Positions 19,161-29,074 of a DNA stretch of 64,000 nucleotides are shown here, piece by piece. Origin of the DNA: a virus; IMG/VR virus record IMGVR_UViG_3300027791_002264, positions 6,420 through 70,419 of that record. The stretch is one strand, 5' to 3'. The translations under genes were made by a program, and so were the position numbers. Numbering within the stretch: the first letter of the stretch is position 1; every line of letters starts with the position of its first letter. Under the pieces are notes generated by a model that saw only the letters and a program-made list of their open reading frames with translations, did not search any database and had not been told where the DNA came from.

Positions 19161-19427
19161 ATGGAGATTCAAAAAAAAGGAACGGTACTTCTTCAATTTT
19201 CAGCTAATTGGTGTGGTCCCTGTAAAGCAATGAAATCAATAGTAGAAGAATTTAAAGAAAAGTCTACTGTTATAGTTCAAAAAGTAAATGTTGATTCTGA
19301 ATCTGATATAGCACAAGAGTATGGGGTACGTAGTATCCCATGCTTTATTGTTTTAAAGGATGGTGAGCAAGTAGCAAGAAAATTAGGTACACAAACTTTA
19401 GAACAATTAAAAAAATTAGTAGAATAA
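19161..19427 (+). CDS. trxA: Thioredoxin
   Basis: WCGPC, YGVRSIP. Confidence 0.95.
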   Translation: MEIQKKGTVLLQFSANWCGPCKAMKSIVEEFKEKSTVIVQKVNVDSESDIAQEYGVRSIPCFIVLKDGEQVARKLGTQTLEQLKKLVE

Positions 19428-19430
19428 ATT

Positions 19431-20039
19431 ATGAGTTGTTATACAAGAAAACAAATCGAAGATACAATGATTAGTAAAGGATACAAATACTTTACTGGTG
19501 GGGACTATGATGTAAATATTATAGGAGTAAGAAATTCAGATACAAAAGGTAAAGTTACAAATGCTTTTGATGACTGTATGACAATATCCTATAAAGTAAA
19601 AGGTGAGTGGAAATTTCATTGTTTTAAATGTACTACAGATCCAGGTACTCATTGGGTTGAAAATATAATGAATGACAAGGGTGTAGCTATTCTTAAACCA
19701 AATCAGTATAGAGGTTCTCATAAATTAAGATTACACCAAGGTAAATATTTAGCTTTAGGACAAAAGAAAGATGTAACAGTATATAGAGATAATAACCGTG
19801 ATGATAATTATGATTTAAATGAATCTAAAACAGATACAGGATTATTTGGAATTAATATACATAGAGCAACAAGCAGAGCTGGTAAAGGTTCTACACAAAT
19901 TGATAAATGGTCTGCTGGTTGTCAGGTTATAGCTCATAACGATGATTGGCATGAATTTTTAGATATATGCCAAATTGCTAGAGAAATTTGGGGCAATTCA
20001 TTTACATATACTTTATTAGAATCTAAAGATATATGTTAA
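19431..20039 (+). CDS. Putative endolysin / L,D-transpeptidase-like cysteine enzyme
   Basis: NIIGVR, TTDPG, GINIHRA...WSAGCQV (His...Cys). Confidence 0.6.
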   Translation: MSCYTRKQIEDTMISKGYKYFTGGDYDVNIIGVRNSDTKGKVTNAFDDCMTISYKVKGEWKFHCFKCTTDPGTHWVENIMNDKGVAILKPNQYRGSHKLRLHQGKYLALGQKKDVTVYRDNNRDDNYDLNESKTDTGLFGINIHRATSRAGKGSTQIDKWSAGCQVIAHNDDWHEFLDICQIAREIWGNSFTYTLLESKDIC

Positions 20040-20060
20040 TTTAAAAATAAAATTAAAATT

Positions 20061-20279
20061 ATGTGGAAAATATTTAAAGATAATAATGATTGGAATGAAA
20101 AGGCTATTGTTGGCTTTATAGCATTTATAATTATGTGTTTAATAATGATAGCAGATTTAGTAACTGGTTGGTTCGGTAAAGATTTAGTTATTAATGAATT
20201 TATTTATGATTCATTCACATTAGTTGTATTAGGTTGCTTTGGTATAGCAGGATTAGAAAAGTTTGCTAATAAAAAATAA
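20061..20279 (+). CDS. Two-TM holin-like protein
   Basis: Two TMs, basic C-terminus, next to the putative lysin. Confidence 0.55.
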   Translation: MWKIFKDNNDWNEKAIVGFIAFIIMCLIMIADLVTGWFGKDLVINEFIYDSFTLVVLGCFGIAGLEKFANKK

Positions 20280-20288
20280 TAAGAAAAA

Positions 20289-20672
20289 ATGAACAAATAT
20301 ATTTATAGAGGAAAACTTGATAGAGTTGTAGATGGTGACACTATTGATGCAATGATAGATGTTGGGTTTGACATTTGGATTTTTAAAAGAATTAGATTTT
20401 CTGGTATAGATACATGGGAAAGTAGAACTAGAGATTTAGATGAAAAGAAAAAAGGACTTGCTGCCAAAGAGAGATTAAAGGTCTTATTAAATGAAGTCAG
20501 TAGTAAACCAGGAATGTTTAGAATTAAGTCCGAGGGTGTAGGTAAATATGGTAGAATATTAGGTCAGATTTATGTTATGGATGCTGATGGTGTTCAGTGG
20601 GATGTTAATCAAACATTAATAACAGAGGGTCATGGTTATGAGTATCATGGTGGTAAAAAACGGTCATCTTGA
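20289..20672 (+). CDS. Thermonuclease (SNase)-like protein
   Basis: VVDGDTID, RIRFSGIDT.E, GKYGRILG. Confidence 0.88.
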   Translation: MNKYIYRGKLDRVVDGDTIDAMIDVGFDIWIFKRIRFSGIDTWESRTRDLDEKKKGLAAKERLKVLLNEVSSKPGMFRIKSEGVGKYGRILGQIYVMDADGVQWDVNQTLITEGHGYEYHGGKKRSS

Positions 20673-20788
20673 CATAGTAAAAGTAGAAAAGTAGACAATA
20701 TGTCAGAAATCTCATTGTTGCACAGTTTTTTCAGTATAATATATTAAATAAGGAAACGAATCTTTATTTTAATAAAAAACTAAATAAT

Positions 20789-21187
20789 ATGTACACAATT
20801 TTAAACGGATTTAAACCCGTAGCACAAGCAAGAAGAATTAATGATAATATTGATAATTTATTAAAAGATCCTTTTTGGGATGATTTTGAAAATTTCTTTA
20901 CTAAACCATCTAAGGGATATCATTGTATTAAAAATGAAAATGATTGGACATTAGAAATGGCAGTTCCAGGATTTACTAAAGAAGACTTAAAAGTTAAAAT
21001 GGTAAAAGACGAATTAAGTATTGTTTCTACTAATGAAGATAATATATGGTTAGGTTCATTTGATAAACTCTTTACTTTACCAAAAGATGTTAATACTAAA
21101 AAGATTAAAGCAAAGGTTGAAAATGGTGTGTTAACAATAACATTACCTATCAAAGAAGATACTGAAAGTTTTATAGATGTAAAGTGA
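20789..21187 (+). CDS. Small heat shock protein Hsp20
   Basis: AVPGF.KED, F.LP..V....I.A..ENGVL.I.LP. Confidence 0.92.
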   Translation: MYTILNGFKPVAQARRINDNIDNLLKDPFWDDFENFFTKPSKGYHCIKNENDWTLEMAVPGFTKEDLKVKMVKDELSIVSTNEDNIWLGSFDKLFTLPKDVNTKKIKAKVENGVLTITLPIKEDTESFIDVK

Positions 21188-21250
21188 AACTAAATAGAAA
21201 TTACGTTATATAATAATAAATATTTTAAAATAAAATCAAAAAACGTTAAC

Positions 21251-21517
21251 ATGGATAACAATCAAGAAAACCAAAACCCAGAAGAAGTAAACCCAACAGG
21301 TGATTTTACTGGTCAGCAAGCATTAAATGTTTTAATTCAAGCTGTTAGGATAGCACAAGGAAAAGGTGCGTTTACATTAGAGGATGCTGAGATTATTTCA
21401 AAAGCTATTAAAATATTCGTTCCACCAACCCCAGCAGGAGAAGAAGGAACTGATACTGATCCAATTGTAAATGAAGATACACCAGCAGAACCAATTATGA
21501 CTAAAGTTGGAGAGTAA
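21251..21517 (+). CDS. Hypothetical protein
   Basis: AQGKGAFTLEDA motif; class B promoter upstream. Confidence 0.7.
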   Translation: MDNNQENQNPEEVNPTGDFTGQQALNVLIQAVRIAQGKGAFTLEDAEIISKAIKIFVPPTPAGEEGTDTDPIVNEDTPAEPIMTKVGE

Positions 21518-21537
21518 TTAATTTACACAAGTAATTA

Positions 21538-21563
21538 AAGGCCCCATTTATGGGGTCTTTTTT
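21538..21563 (+). terminator. Intrinsic terminator
   Basis: AAGGCCCCAT-TT-ATGGGGTCTT followed by TTTT. Confidence 0.8.
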
Positions 21564-21593
21564 AGTTTAATATATAATACAAATCGTATTAAA

Positions 21594-22187
21594 ATGGTAT
21601 CCTTAGAAAGTATACAACAATATTGCAAAGGAAAGAAAATTATTATAGTAGGTAATTCATCTGGTTTACTCCAAAGTAATCATGGAGAATTAATAGATGC
21701 CTATGATATTGTAGTAAGAATTAATAGCGGTTATTTACAAACACAAGATTATAAAGATTCTATAGGAAGTAAAACAAATATACTTTCCATGGGTATTAAG
21801 TCAGCAGATAGGGTAGGTAATATTGTTAAAGATAATAGAGTAGATTACATTTTAAGCCCAATAATATGGAGTGATAAATTATCTTATTTTAATTCCTATA
21901 ATATAGATCCATCAATATATCATACTCTTAAATCTAATTTAGGTTCTACTAAGCCTTCTACTGGAATTAGTACTTTTAATTTCTTTAATACCCAATGTGA
22001 TTTTTTACAATTAGATTTAATAGGTTTTGACTTTTTTAAAAGTTCAACAAAAAGTAGAAATCCATTAGGCCATTTACATGTTTCAGATCACGATGGCCCT
22101 AAGGAAAGTTTATTTTTTAAGAGATATCGTAATCCTGAAAAAACAAGTTTATATTCTACTTTGTATAATAATAAAATAACATTTTAA
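21594..22187 (+). CDS. GT29 (sialyltransferase)-like glycosyltransferase
   Basis: Sialylmotif-L-like VGNS...IDAYDIVVRIN...GSKT; sialylmotif-S-like PSTG...L.GFD. Confidence 0.75.
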   Translation: MVSLESIQQYCKGKKIIIVGNSSGLLQSNHGELIDAYDIVVRINSGYLQTQDYKDSIGSKTNILSMGIKSADRVGNIVKDNRVDYILSPIIWSDKLSYFNSYNIDPSIYHTLKSNLGSTKPSTGISTFNFFNTQCDFLQLDLIGFDFFKSSTKSRNPLGHLHVSDHDGPKESLFFKRYRNPEKTSLYSTLYNNKITF

Positions 22188-22188
22188 A

Positions 22189-23721
22189 ATGATAAGTAGA
22201 AGAAGTATAAAAAGAATTGTTCATGAACCACAATCTTATGGTGATCAAAAGAAACAATTTCCTAGAGTAACTGTTAGATCTGATGGGACTCATAGTAAAG
22301 TCGTAAATTATTCACAAAGAATTAGGAGGGATCCTTTATTAGTTCCATTACCAGTTCCAATTTCTTTTTTACAAGCTCATCAATTACCAGCAATAACTAA
22401 TGATATTTGTTTTGTTGTAGGTGGTGGTCCTTCGTTGAGTGGATTTGATTTTAATTTATTATCAGGCTTTGATACTATTGCAATTAATAAAACTGTTGAA
22501 TATATCCAAAACCCAAAATATTTTATAACCACAGACTATTCATACTTTGCAAAAGGAACTTTACCAATAGAATCAATTAGACAAAAAACAGAGCATGTAT
22601 ATTTTGTAGCTAATATGACCCACCCTTACATGGAATTAAAAAATGGTATGATTACAGATACGAGAGGCCTTGTATATGAAGATCTCCATAAATGTAATGG
22701 TGTTATAGAATCAAATAATATAGAAGGTTTTAGTAATGATGTAGTTGGTTTTGCTAGTGGATCCAATAGCGGACACTGTGGTATTCAGTTAGCATTACTC
22801 TTAGGTTATAAAAAAATATACTTATTAGGATTTGATTTATCAGAAGGTGCACATACGCATTTTCATCAATCATATACAGAATTTGATAAAATACAATTTA
22901 GAAAAAATGTTGGTAATTATAAAAGAACTCTTTTTTCTGCATTAGAATCTCATAAAGGATCTCAAGAAATTATAAACTTATCTTCACAAAGTAATTTAGC
23001 CGAATCTCCTTTTATTAAAACAGAATCTTTTTATGATATAATTAATCAAGATCATTCTAATAATAAAACACTAAATGTAACACCTAATAGTAAAATACCA
23101 GCTGATGCACCACAAAATTTAATGGTAGTAGGTTACTATACAGTTAATACCCCATATGAACAAGAGGCTCAAAATTTAATTCAATCTTTAAATAGATTAG
23201 GATTAGAAAAAGATATAGTAGGTGTAAATACTTTAGGTAATTGGCAAGCCAATACTAGATTTAAAGCTAGCTTTATGTTAGATATGCTTATTAAATATCC
23301 AAACCATAGATTATTATATGTTGACTGCGATGCAGTACTTCATAAAATGCCTATTCTATTTAATAATTATAATTGTGATATTGCAGTAAGATGGCAAGAT
23401 TTTAAATGGAGAAAAAATGAATGCTTAAGTGGTACTATTTATATGGAGAATAATCATAAGACACAACGATTATGTAGATTATGGAGAGACATTAATATAA
23501 ATGAAGGGAATGCATCAACTAGAATGGAGCAGTGGAATTTAGATACTGTAATTACTACAATAAAAGGAGAGGATCCTACTTTTGCAGTAAAGAATCTTCC
23601 ACCAGAATATACTTTTATATTTGATAGTATGAAACATATATACCCAGCAGCCGATCCTATAATAGAACATTTCCAAGCAAGTAGGAGATTTAAAAACGAT
23701 GTTAATACATTAAACCAATAA
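22189..23721 (+). CDS. Fusion: MAF_flag10/DUF115-like domain plus GT-A domain
   Basis: VGGGPSL, NSG...IQLA..LGYKKIYLLGFD; second domain YVDCDA, EQW, HFQASRR. Confidence 0.7.
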   Translation: MISRRSIKRIVHEPQSYGDQKKQFPRVTVRSDGTHSKVVNYSQRIRRDPLLVPLPVPISFLQAHQLPAITNDICFVVGGGPSLSGFDFNLLSGFDTIAINKTVEYIQNPKYFITTDYSYFAKGTLPIESIRQKTEHVYFVANMTHPYMELKNGMITDTRGLVYEDLHKCNGVIESNNIEGFSNDVVGFASGSNSGHCGIQLALLLGYKKIYLLGFDLSEGAHTHFHQSYTEFDKIQFRKNVGNYKRTLFSALESHKGSQEIINLSSQSNLAESPFIKTESFYDIINQDHSNNKTLNVTPNSKIPADAPQNLMVVGYYTVNTPYEQEAQNLIQSLNRLGLEKDIVGVNTLGNWQANTRFKASFMLDMLIKYPNHRLLYVDCDAVLHKMPILFNNYNCDIAVRWQDFKWRKNECLSGTIYMENNHKTQRLCRLWRDININEGNASTRMEQWNLDTVITTIKGEDPTFAVKNLPPEYTFIFDSMKHIYPAADPIIEHFQASRRFKNDVNTLNQ

Positions 23722-23722
23722 T

Positions 23723-24412
23723 ATGATTAATAGTTATTTTGATAAAATTATATGTATAAACTTAAAGCATAGAGCTGATAGGTGGAAAGAAGTATCTCGC
23801 CAATGCCAAAGGGCAGGCATAGCAGTAGAAAGATATGATGCAATAGAAAACAATCCTATGGGCTGGGTTCATATTCCTGGTAAAGATAAAATGAATCATA
23901 TTAAACCAGAATCATGGCCAGGTGCTGCTGGGTGTATGGCTAGTCATATTAATGTATGGAAATTAGCAAAAGCTAATAATTGGAAAAATGTTTTAATAAT
24001 TGAAGATGATTGTGATTTTGTTGATAACTTACAAAATATATTTAATCAGCAAATTAAACAAGTACCTAATGATTGGGATCTTTTATATTTAGGAGGAATA
24101 CATGAAACGAGAGGTGGTCAATATATTCCTGATAACATAGCACCAAATGTATTAGGCTGCAAAAGATTAATAACCACAACATGTTATGCTATAAAAGATA
24201 CTTGTTATGATTTAGTTATTAATACAATTTTAGAAAATGAACCTAAATTTTATACAGCAGTAGATACTTATTTAGCATCAAGAGTACAACCACTAATTAA
24301 TTCATATGCATTTCATCCACCAATGGCATGGCAAAGAAGAAGTTTTAGTAATGTACAAAATGGCAATAGGGATTATTCCACTATGATGAGAGAAGATAAT
24401 ATTAAAAAATAA
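23723..24412 (+). CDS. GT25 glycosyltransferase
   Basis: INLKHRADR, GCMASH, LIIEDD, WDLLYLGG. Confidence 0.88.
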   Translation: MINSYFDKIICINLKHRADRWKEVSRQCQRAGIAVERYDAIENNPMGWVHIPGKDKMNHIKPESWPGAAGCMASHINVWKLAKANNWKNVLIIEDDCDFVDNLQNIFNQQIKQVPNDWDLLYLGGIHETRGGQYIPDNIAPNVLGCKRLITTTCYAIKDTCYDLVINTILENEPKFYTAVDTYLASRVQPLINSYAFHPPMAWQRRSFSNVQNGNRDYSTMMREDNIKK

Positions 24413-24419
24413 AAGAATA

Positions 24420-25202
24420 ATGATTACATGTAGATTACAAGGAGGAATTGGAAACTTAATGTTTCAAATTGCTTTTATAGAATATGAAGGCATGATGAGT
24501 GGTTTTAAAACTGGTTATTGGAATGTTGATCACCAAATAAACAAATGTAATGTTGACGTAGTACACAACCCTTCACTTAAACATGCAGATGAATACTTAC
24601 AAATGTTTAGAAATTTTAAGTGGCCTAGAATTAACAAACCACCATCCTCAAAAATAAATGTACCTTTTCATTTTGAAACTTTTGCAGTTAAGGATAATGT
24701 TTTATATGATGGTTTTTTTCAGTCAGAAAAATACTTTCCTAATAGAGATTTTATTTTAAATTTGTTTCAGCCATCTGATTTTGTAAAAGATAAACTCAAA
24801 AGGTATGATAATTTATTTAATAATACCACATGCTCAATTCACGTAAGGCGAGGTGATTTTTTAAAATATGATTTGCATGTAGCTAGAAAAATGGATTATT
24901 TTAATGAAGGCATGTCTGCTGTTGGTGATGTAAATAAATATCTAGTGTTTAGTGATGATATAGAATGGTGTAAGAAAAACTTTATTGGAGATAAATTTAT
25001 TTTTATAGAAAATGAAAAGGACTATGTAGAACTTTACTTACAATCTCAATGTACACATAATATAATTTCAAGCTCAACATTTTCATGGTGGGGAGCTTAT
25101 TTAAATAATAAACCAAATAGAAAAATAGTTGGACCTAATCAATGGTTTAGTAATAATAAACCAATTAATAACATTATACCTGATTCATGGATAACAATTT
25201 AA
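24420..25202 (+). CDS. GT11 alpha-1,2-fucosyltransferase-like
   Basis: GGIGNLMFQ, HVRRGDF, FSDDIEWC, STFSWWGAYL. Confidence 0.92.
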   Translation: MITCRLQGGIGNLMFQIAFIEYEGMMSGFKTGYWNVDHQINKCNVDVVHNPSLKHADEYLQMFRNFKWPRINKPPSSKINVPFHFETFAVKDNVLYDGFFQSEKYFPNRDFILNLFQPSDFVKDKLKRYDNLFNNTTCSIHVRRGDFLKYDLHVARKMDYFNEGMSAVGDVNKYLVFSDDIEWCKKNFIGDKFIFIENEKDYVELYLQSQCTHNIISSSTFSWWGAYLNNKPNRKIVGPNQWFSNNKPINNIIPDSWITI

Positions 25203-26068
25203 TTAATCTTTATACACAAAAAAGAATAGATTATTTACAAGTAAAGAAAAATTGTGAATTTTATTTAAAGGATATTAATCCTGTGGATGTTTCTATTATT
25301 ATACCTGTTATGAATAGGGAATCTTTTCATGCACCATTAGTTAAACACCTAAAGGATGCAATTATAAAACATTCAGAAAAAAGTTATTCTATTACATTCG
25401 TTGAGCATAGTGATATACCTAAGCATAAATTGTTATGTGAAGAGAGTAATACTAATTATATTTGGATAAAGAAATCTACAACAGAGCCTTTTAATAAATG
25501 CTTAGCAATGAATATTGGTTCACTCTATAGTAATTCATCTAAGTATTATCTTTTTCATGATATAGATTTATTAATGACACCAACTTATTTTATTGATATT
25601 TTTAAAAATCTTAATAGAGTTCATCCTGAATGCGCACTGCAAACCTTTGCACATCGAAGAATATTAGTAATGGATCAAATAATGAGTAGTCAAATAATTA
25701 ATGGTGTAGTATTAATAGATTCACTTACACCTGGTATTAATCCTCCTCACTCTAACCCAGGGGCTCCTGGTGGTTCTATTTTTATAAATGCTAATAGCTT
25801 TAAGACAGTTGGTGGTTATGATGCTGAGTTCTTTCATAGCTATTCTCCAGAAGATGCATTCTTTTTTCATAAGTTACAATTAGTAGTAGGTATTGAAGGC
25901 TGTAATAATCCAGTGATAGAAGCTTATCATATGCATCATCCTTATATGGGAGGATCTAATCCAGAAAAACCTAAAATGGAAGAAATTTGGAGCGAGTTTA
26001 GAAATATGCAATCTAGCAATAAGCTAAATTTTATTAATCACATAGGAGCAGAATTTAAAAAACTATAA
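25187..26068 (+). CDS. GT7/GT2-type galactosyltransferase-like
   Basis: FNKCLAMNIG, FHDIDL, VGGYD.EF..Y.PED. Confidence 0.8.
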   Translation: MDNNLINLYTQKRIDYLQVKKNCEFYLKDINPVDVSIIIPVMNRESFHAPLVKHLKDAIIKHSEKSYSITFVEHSDIPKHKLLCEESNTNYIWIKKSTTEPFNKCLAMNIGSLYSNSSKYYLFHDIDLLMTPTYFIDIFKNLNRVHPECALQTFAHRRILVMDQIMSSQIINGVVLIDSLTPGINPPHSNPGAPGGSIFINANSFKTVGGYDAEFFHSYSPEDAFFFHKLQLVVGIEGCNNPVIEAYHMHHPYMGGSNPEKPKMEEIWSEFRNMQSSNKLNFINHIGAEFKKL

Positions 26069-26070
26069 AC

Positions 26071-26739
26071 ATGAGAAAAGGATTTGAATATTTTGATAAA
26101 GTATTTCTAATAAATTTAGAAAAGCGTACTGATAGGTTACAGCAATGTAATGATATTTTTAAAGAACTTAATATATTAGACTTAGTTGAAAGATTTCCTG
26201 CAATAAAAAGACCACAGGCTGAGTATGACTGGTATATAAGTGATGGTAAAAAAATAAAGATTGGTGAATATGGTTGTATTGCTTCTCATATAAGTATAAT
26301 AAAAATGGCTAAAGCAAATGGATGGAAATCTGTGTTAGTGCTTGAGGATGATGTTAAGTTTGTTAATCATAAATACTTTAATGATTCAGTAGAACAATTA
26401 AAAGAACATGAATGGGATTTGTTTTATTTAGGTAGCAATACTCATATCCCTTTAGATAAAGTCAATTCTAATCTTTTAAAATTAAAAGAAGGTTTTGCAA
26501 CTCATGCTATTGCATATCATGAAAGATTCTATGATAAGCTTATAAAAGCATTTGATAAAAAGGCAATTGAAATAATAGATGTATGGTTAGCAGAAAATGG
26601 CCAAGAAAATGGAAATGCATATTGCACATACCCTATAACTGCTATACAAGAAAATAGCTTTAGTGATATACATAATCAAGTTATTGACTATAGTTGGATG
26701 ATAACAAAATTTGAAGATAATACAAAACATTTAAAATGA
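26071..26739 (+). CDS. GT25 glycosyltransferase
   Basis: INLEKRTDR, GCIASH, LEDD, WDLFYLG. Confidence 0.88.
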   Translation: MRKGFEYFDKVFLINLEKRTDRLQQCNDIFKELNILDLVERFPAIKRPQAEYDWYISDGKKIKIGEYGCIASHISIIKMAKANGWKSVLVLEDDVKFVNHKYFNDSVEQLKEHEWDLFYLGSNTHIPLDKVNSNLLKLKEGFATHAIAYHERFYDKLIKAFDKKAIEIIDVWLAENGQENGNAYCTYPITAIQENSFSDIHNQVIDYSWMITKFEDNTKHLK

Positions 26740-27599
26740 AAAAACATATCTATATAGCAGCCGGTGGTATATTTTCTTTAGTTATGGGAATGATTTACAG
26801 TATGAAATGGCTGAATAGTGCACTTAAAACTGATGGAGAAAATATTAAAAATATATCTTTTCAACAAAACTTAGCATGGACTTATGATAATAAAATAAAA
26901 GAATATGTAAAGATTGATAAAATGGAATCCTCCTATAATCCTGAAGATTTAAATATGATTGATTTTATTTTTGATCAACCTAAGATAACTGAAGATTATG
27001 AACGCATAAAAGGTTTTACAGGACCATGCTCCATTAAAAATTCCAAACGCAATGTAGACGTGAAAGCAGATCAATCTGATATTTTATTTTTAAGAAAATT
27101 GGCTAGAAAATTAAAATTTAATAAGAGAATGAAAATGCTTATTAAAAATGAAGAAGAAAAAATAGATTTCAATAATGCATTAGGTGTTCATATTAGATTA
27201 ACAGACATGAATGGGATTCACCCAGAGTATGGTATTCTTAATTTTAATGATTTTGAAAAAATGATTGATTTAATATTAAAAGAACATAAAGAGATTAAGA
27301 CAATATTTGTAGCATCTGACAATAATGAATCAATAAAAAAACTAGTAAATAAATATAGTAATAGAATTAAATTTATTGATTATTTAAATAGATGTGAAAA
27401 AGAATCTGAAAATTCATATGAGCTGCAATTAATAAATCATGAAAGTAAAGAATTTTGGGAACATGGATTTTTAGATATGATGATGTTAAGTAAATGTAAA
27501 TATCTTTTACATAGAACTAGCAATGTAGCTAATGCATCTTTAGTTTTTTCTGATACAATTATAAAAAGTTATAACATATCCACATTAAACAAACAATAA
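26736..27599 (+). CDS. NodZ/O-fucosyltransferase-like (GT23/GT68 type)
   Basis: GVHIRLTD, IFVASDN, D...LSKC....SNV. Confidence 0.75.
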   Translation: MKKHIYIAAGGIFSLVMGMIYSMKWLNSALKTDGENIKNISFQQNLAWTYDNKIKEYVKIDKMESSYNPEDLNMIDFIFDQPKITEDYERIKGFTGPCSIKNSKRNVDVKADQSDILFLRKLARKLKFNKRMKMLIKNEEEKIDFNNALGVHIRLTDMNGIHPEYGILNFNDFEKMIDLILKEHKEIKTIFVASDNNESIKKLVNKYSNRIKFIDYLNRCEKESENSYELQLINHESKEFWEHGFLDMMMLSKCKYLLHRTSNVANASLVFSDTIIKSYNISTLNKQ

Positions 27600-27622
27600 A
27601 AACAAACATATAATAATAAATT

Positions 27623-28033
27623 ATGGAAAAAATATATTCAAAAGTTGATCCTACTAAGCTATTACATATAATACAAAGAGTAGATGAAATAACAGAACCT
27701 AGAGTTGATTTAATACCTGAGGAACAATTTATTCAATGTTCTACTTTAAAAATGGAAAAAGGTAAAACATTTAAACCTCATAAGCATATTTGGAAAAACC
27801 GAACTAGAGATGTTATTGCACAAGAATCATGGATAGTCATAAGAGGTAGTGTTAAGTGTATCTTTTATGATATAGATGATAAAATTATTGCAACACCAAT
27901 ATTAAAACCAGGTGATGCATCTTTTACATTAGAAGGTGGTCATAATTATGAAATAATGGAAGATGATACTCTGGTCTATGAATATAAAACAGGTCCTTAT
28001 GAAGGTCAAAAATTAGACAAAACATTTTTATGA
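27623..28033 (+). CDS. Cupin-fold sugar isomerase-like protein
   Basis: PHKH, QESW, GGHNY, EYKTGPY. Confidence 0.75.
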   Translation: MEKIYSKVDPTKLLHIIQRVDEITEPRVDLIPEEQFIQCSTLKMEKGKTFKPHKHIWKNRTRDVIAQESWIVIRGSVKCIFYDIDDKIIATPILKPGDASFTLEGGHNYEIMEDDTLVYEYKTGPYEGQKLDKTFL

Positions 28034-28548
28034 AAATAGGAAAGGATGTATACATCCATGAAGATGCATGGATAAAACAAAAAGAAGGTAGTAAAATAGG
28101 TAATCATGTTGCTATTGATAAAGGCGTTCAGTTTTCTACTAAAGTAGATATAGGTGATTATGTTCATATTGCTCCTTATGTAGTAAGTGTAGGAGGAAAG
28201 GATACAACTGTTACATTTAAAGATTTTTCTTTTTGTGCGGCTGGGACTATGATAGTTGCAGGTAGTGAAGATTATACAGGAAAGGGATTAGTAGGACCAA
28301 CCATTCCTGCTAAATATCGAGAAATTATGTTTGCAGATATTACATTTGAAAAATATTCTGGTTGTGGGGTTAATTGCTGTATTATGCCTGGTGTAACCTT
28401 TGGTGAAGGTGCTATATTAGGCGCGCATTCATTAGCAACTAAAGACTTGGAGCCATGGACTATTTATATTGGTAGTCCTGCAAGACCAGTTAAGAAACGA
28501 GATAAAGAAATAATTTTAAAACATGCTAAAGAATTAGGATATGAATAA
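28030..28548 (+). CDS. Left-handed beta-helix acyltransferase
   Basis: Hexapeptide repeats; PW.IY.GSPAR. Confidence 0.85.
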   Translation: MKIGKDVYIHEDAWIKQKEGSKIGNHVAIDKGVQFSTKVDIGDYVHIAPYVVSVGGKDTTVTFKDFSFCAAGTMIVAGSEDYTGKGLVGPTIPAKYREIMFADITFEKYSGCGVNCCIMPGVTFGEGAILGAHSLATKDLEPWTIYIGSPARPVKKRDKEIILKHAKELGYE

Positions 28549-29074
28549 TATAAATTTTGAGGATAAAGATATTTTTATGCATAAGGATGCAGAGTTTAAA
28601 ATAGACCCAAAGATAGGTAACCATGTTGCTATTGATAAAGGTGTTTATTGTACAGTAAATGCAACAATAGGTGATTATGTACATATTGCACCATACGTTA
28701 CAATAATTGGAGGAAAGACTGGTGTATTTAAATGTAATGGTTTTAATAACATAATGGCTGGTGCAAGAATTGTTTGCGGTTCTGATAGATTTGATGATAG
28801 TGGTTTATTTGGAGCTATGATACCTAAAGAATTTAAAGGAAGGCAAATTATTGAACCGGTAATAATGGAAAGATTTTCTAATGTTGGAAGCAATGCAATG
28901 GTTTTACCAGGATCTATTTTAAGAGAAGGTGTTTTACTATCTGCTGGTAGTTTATTAATAGGTGATACTATTCCTTGGGGTGTATATAAAGGAAATCCTG
29001 CTAAATTAATAAAAGTAATTGACGGAAATAAAATTAAAGAAAATGCAAAAAAATTAGAGATGGGTAATGATTAA
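28541..29074 (+). CDS. Left-handed beta-helix acyltransferase (paralogue)
   Basis: Shares IGNHVAIDKGV and IGDYVHIAPYV with the previous gene. Confidence 0.85.
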   Translation: MNNINFEDKDIFMHKDAEFKIDPKIGNHVAIDKGVYCTVNATIGDYVHIAPYVTIIGGKTGVFKCNGFNNIMAGARIVCGSDRFDDSGLFGAMIPKEFKGRQIIEPVIMERFSNVGSNAMVLPGSILREGVLLSAGSLLIGDTIPWGVYKGNPAKLIKVIDGNKIKENAKKLEMGND

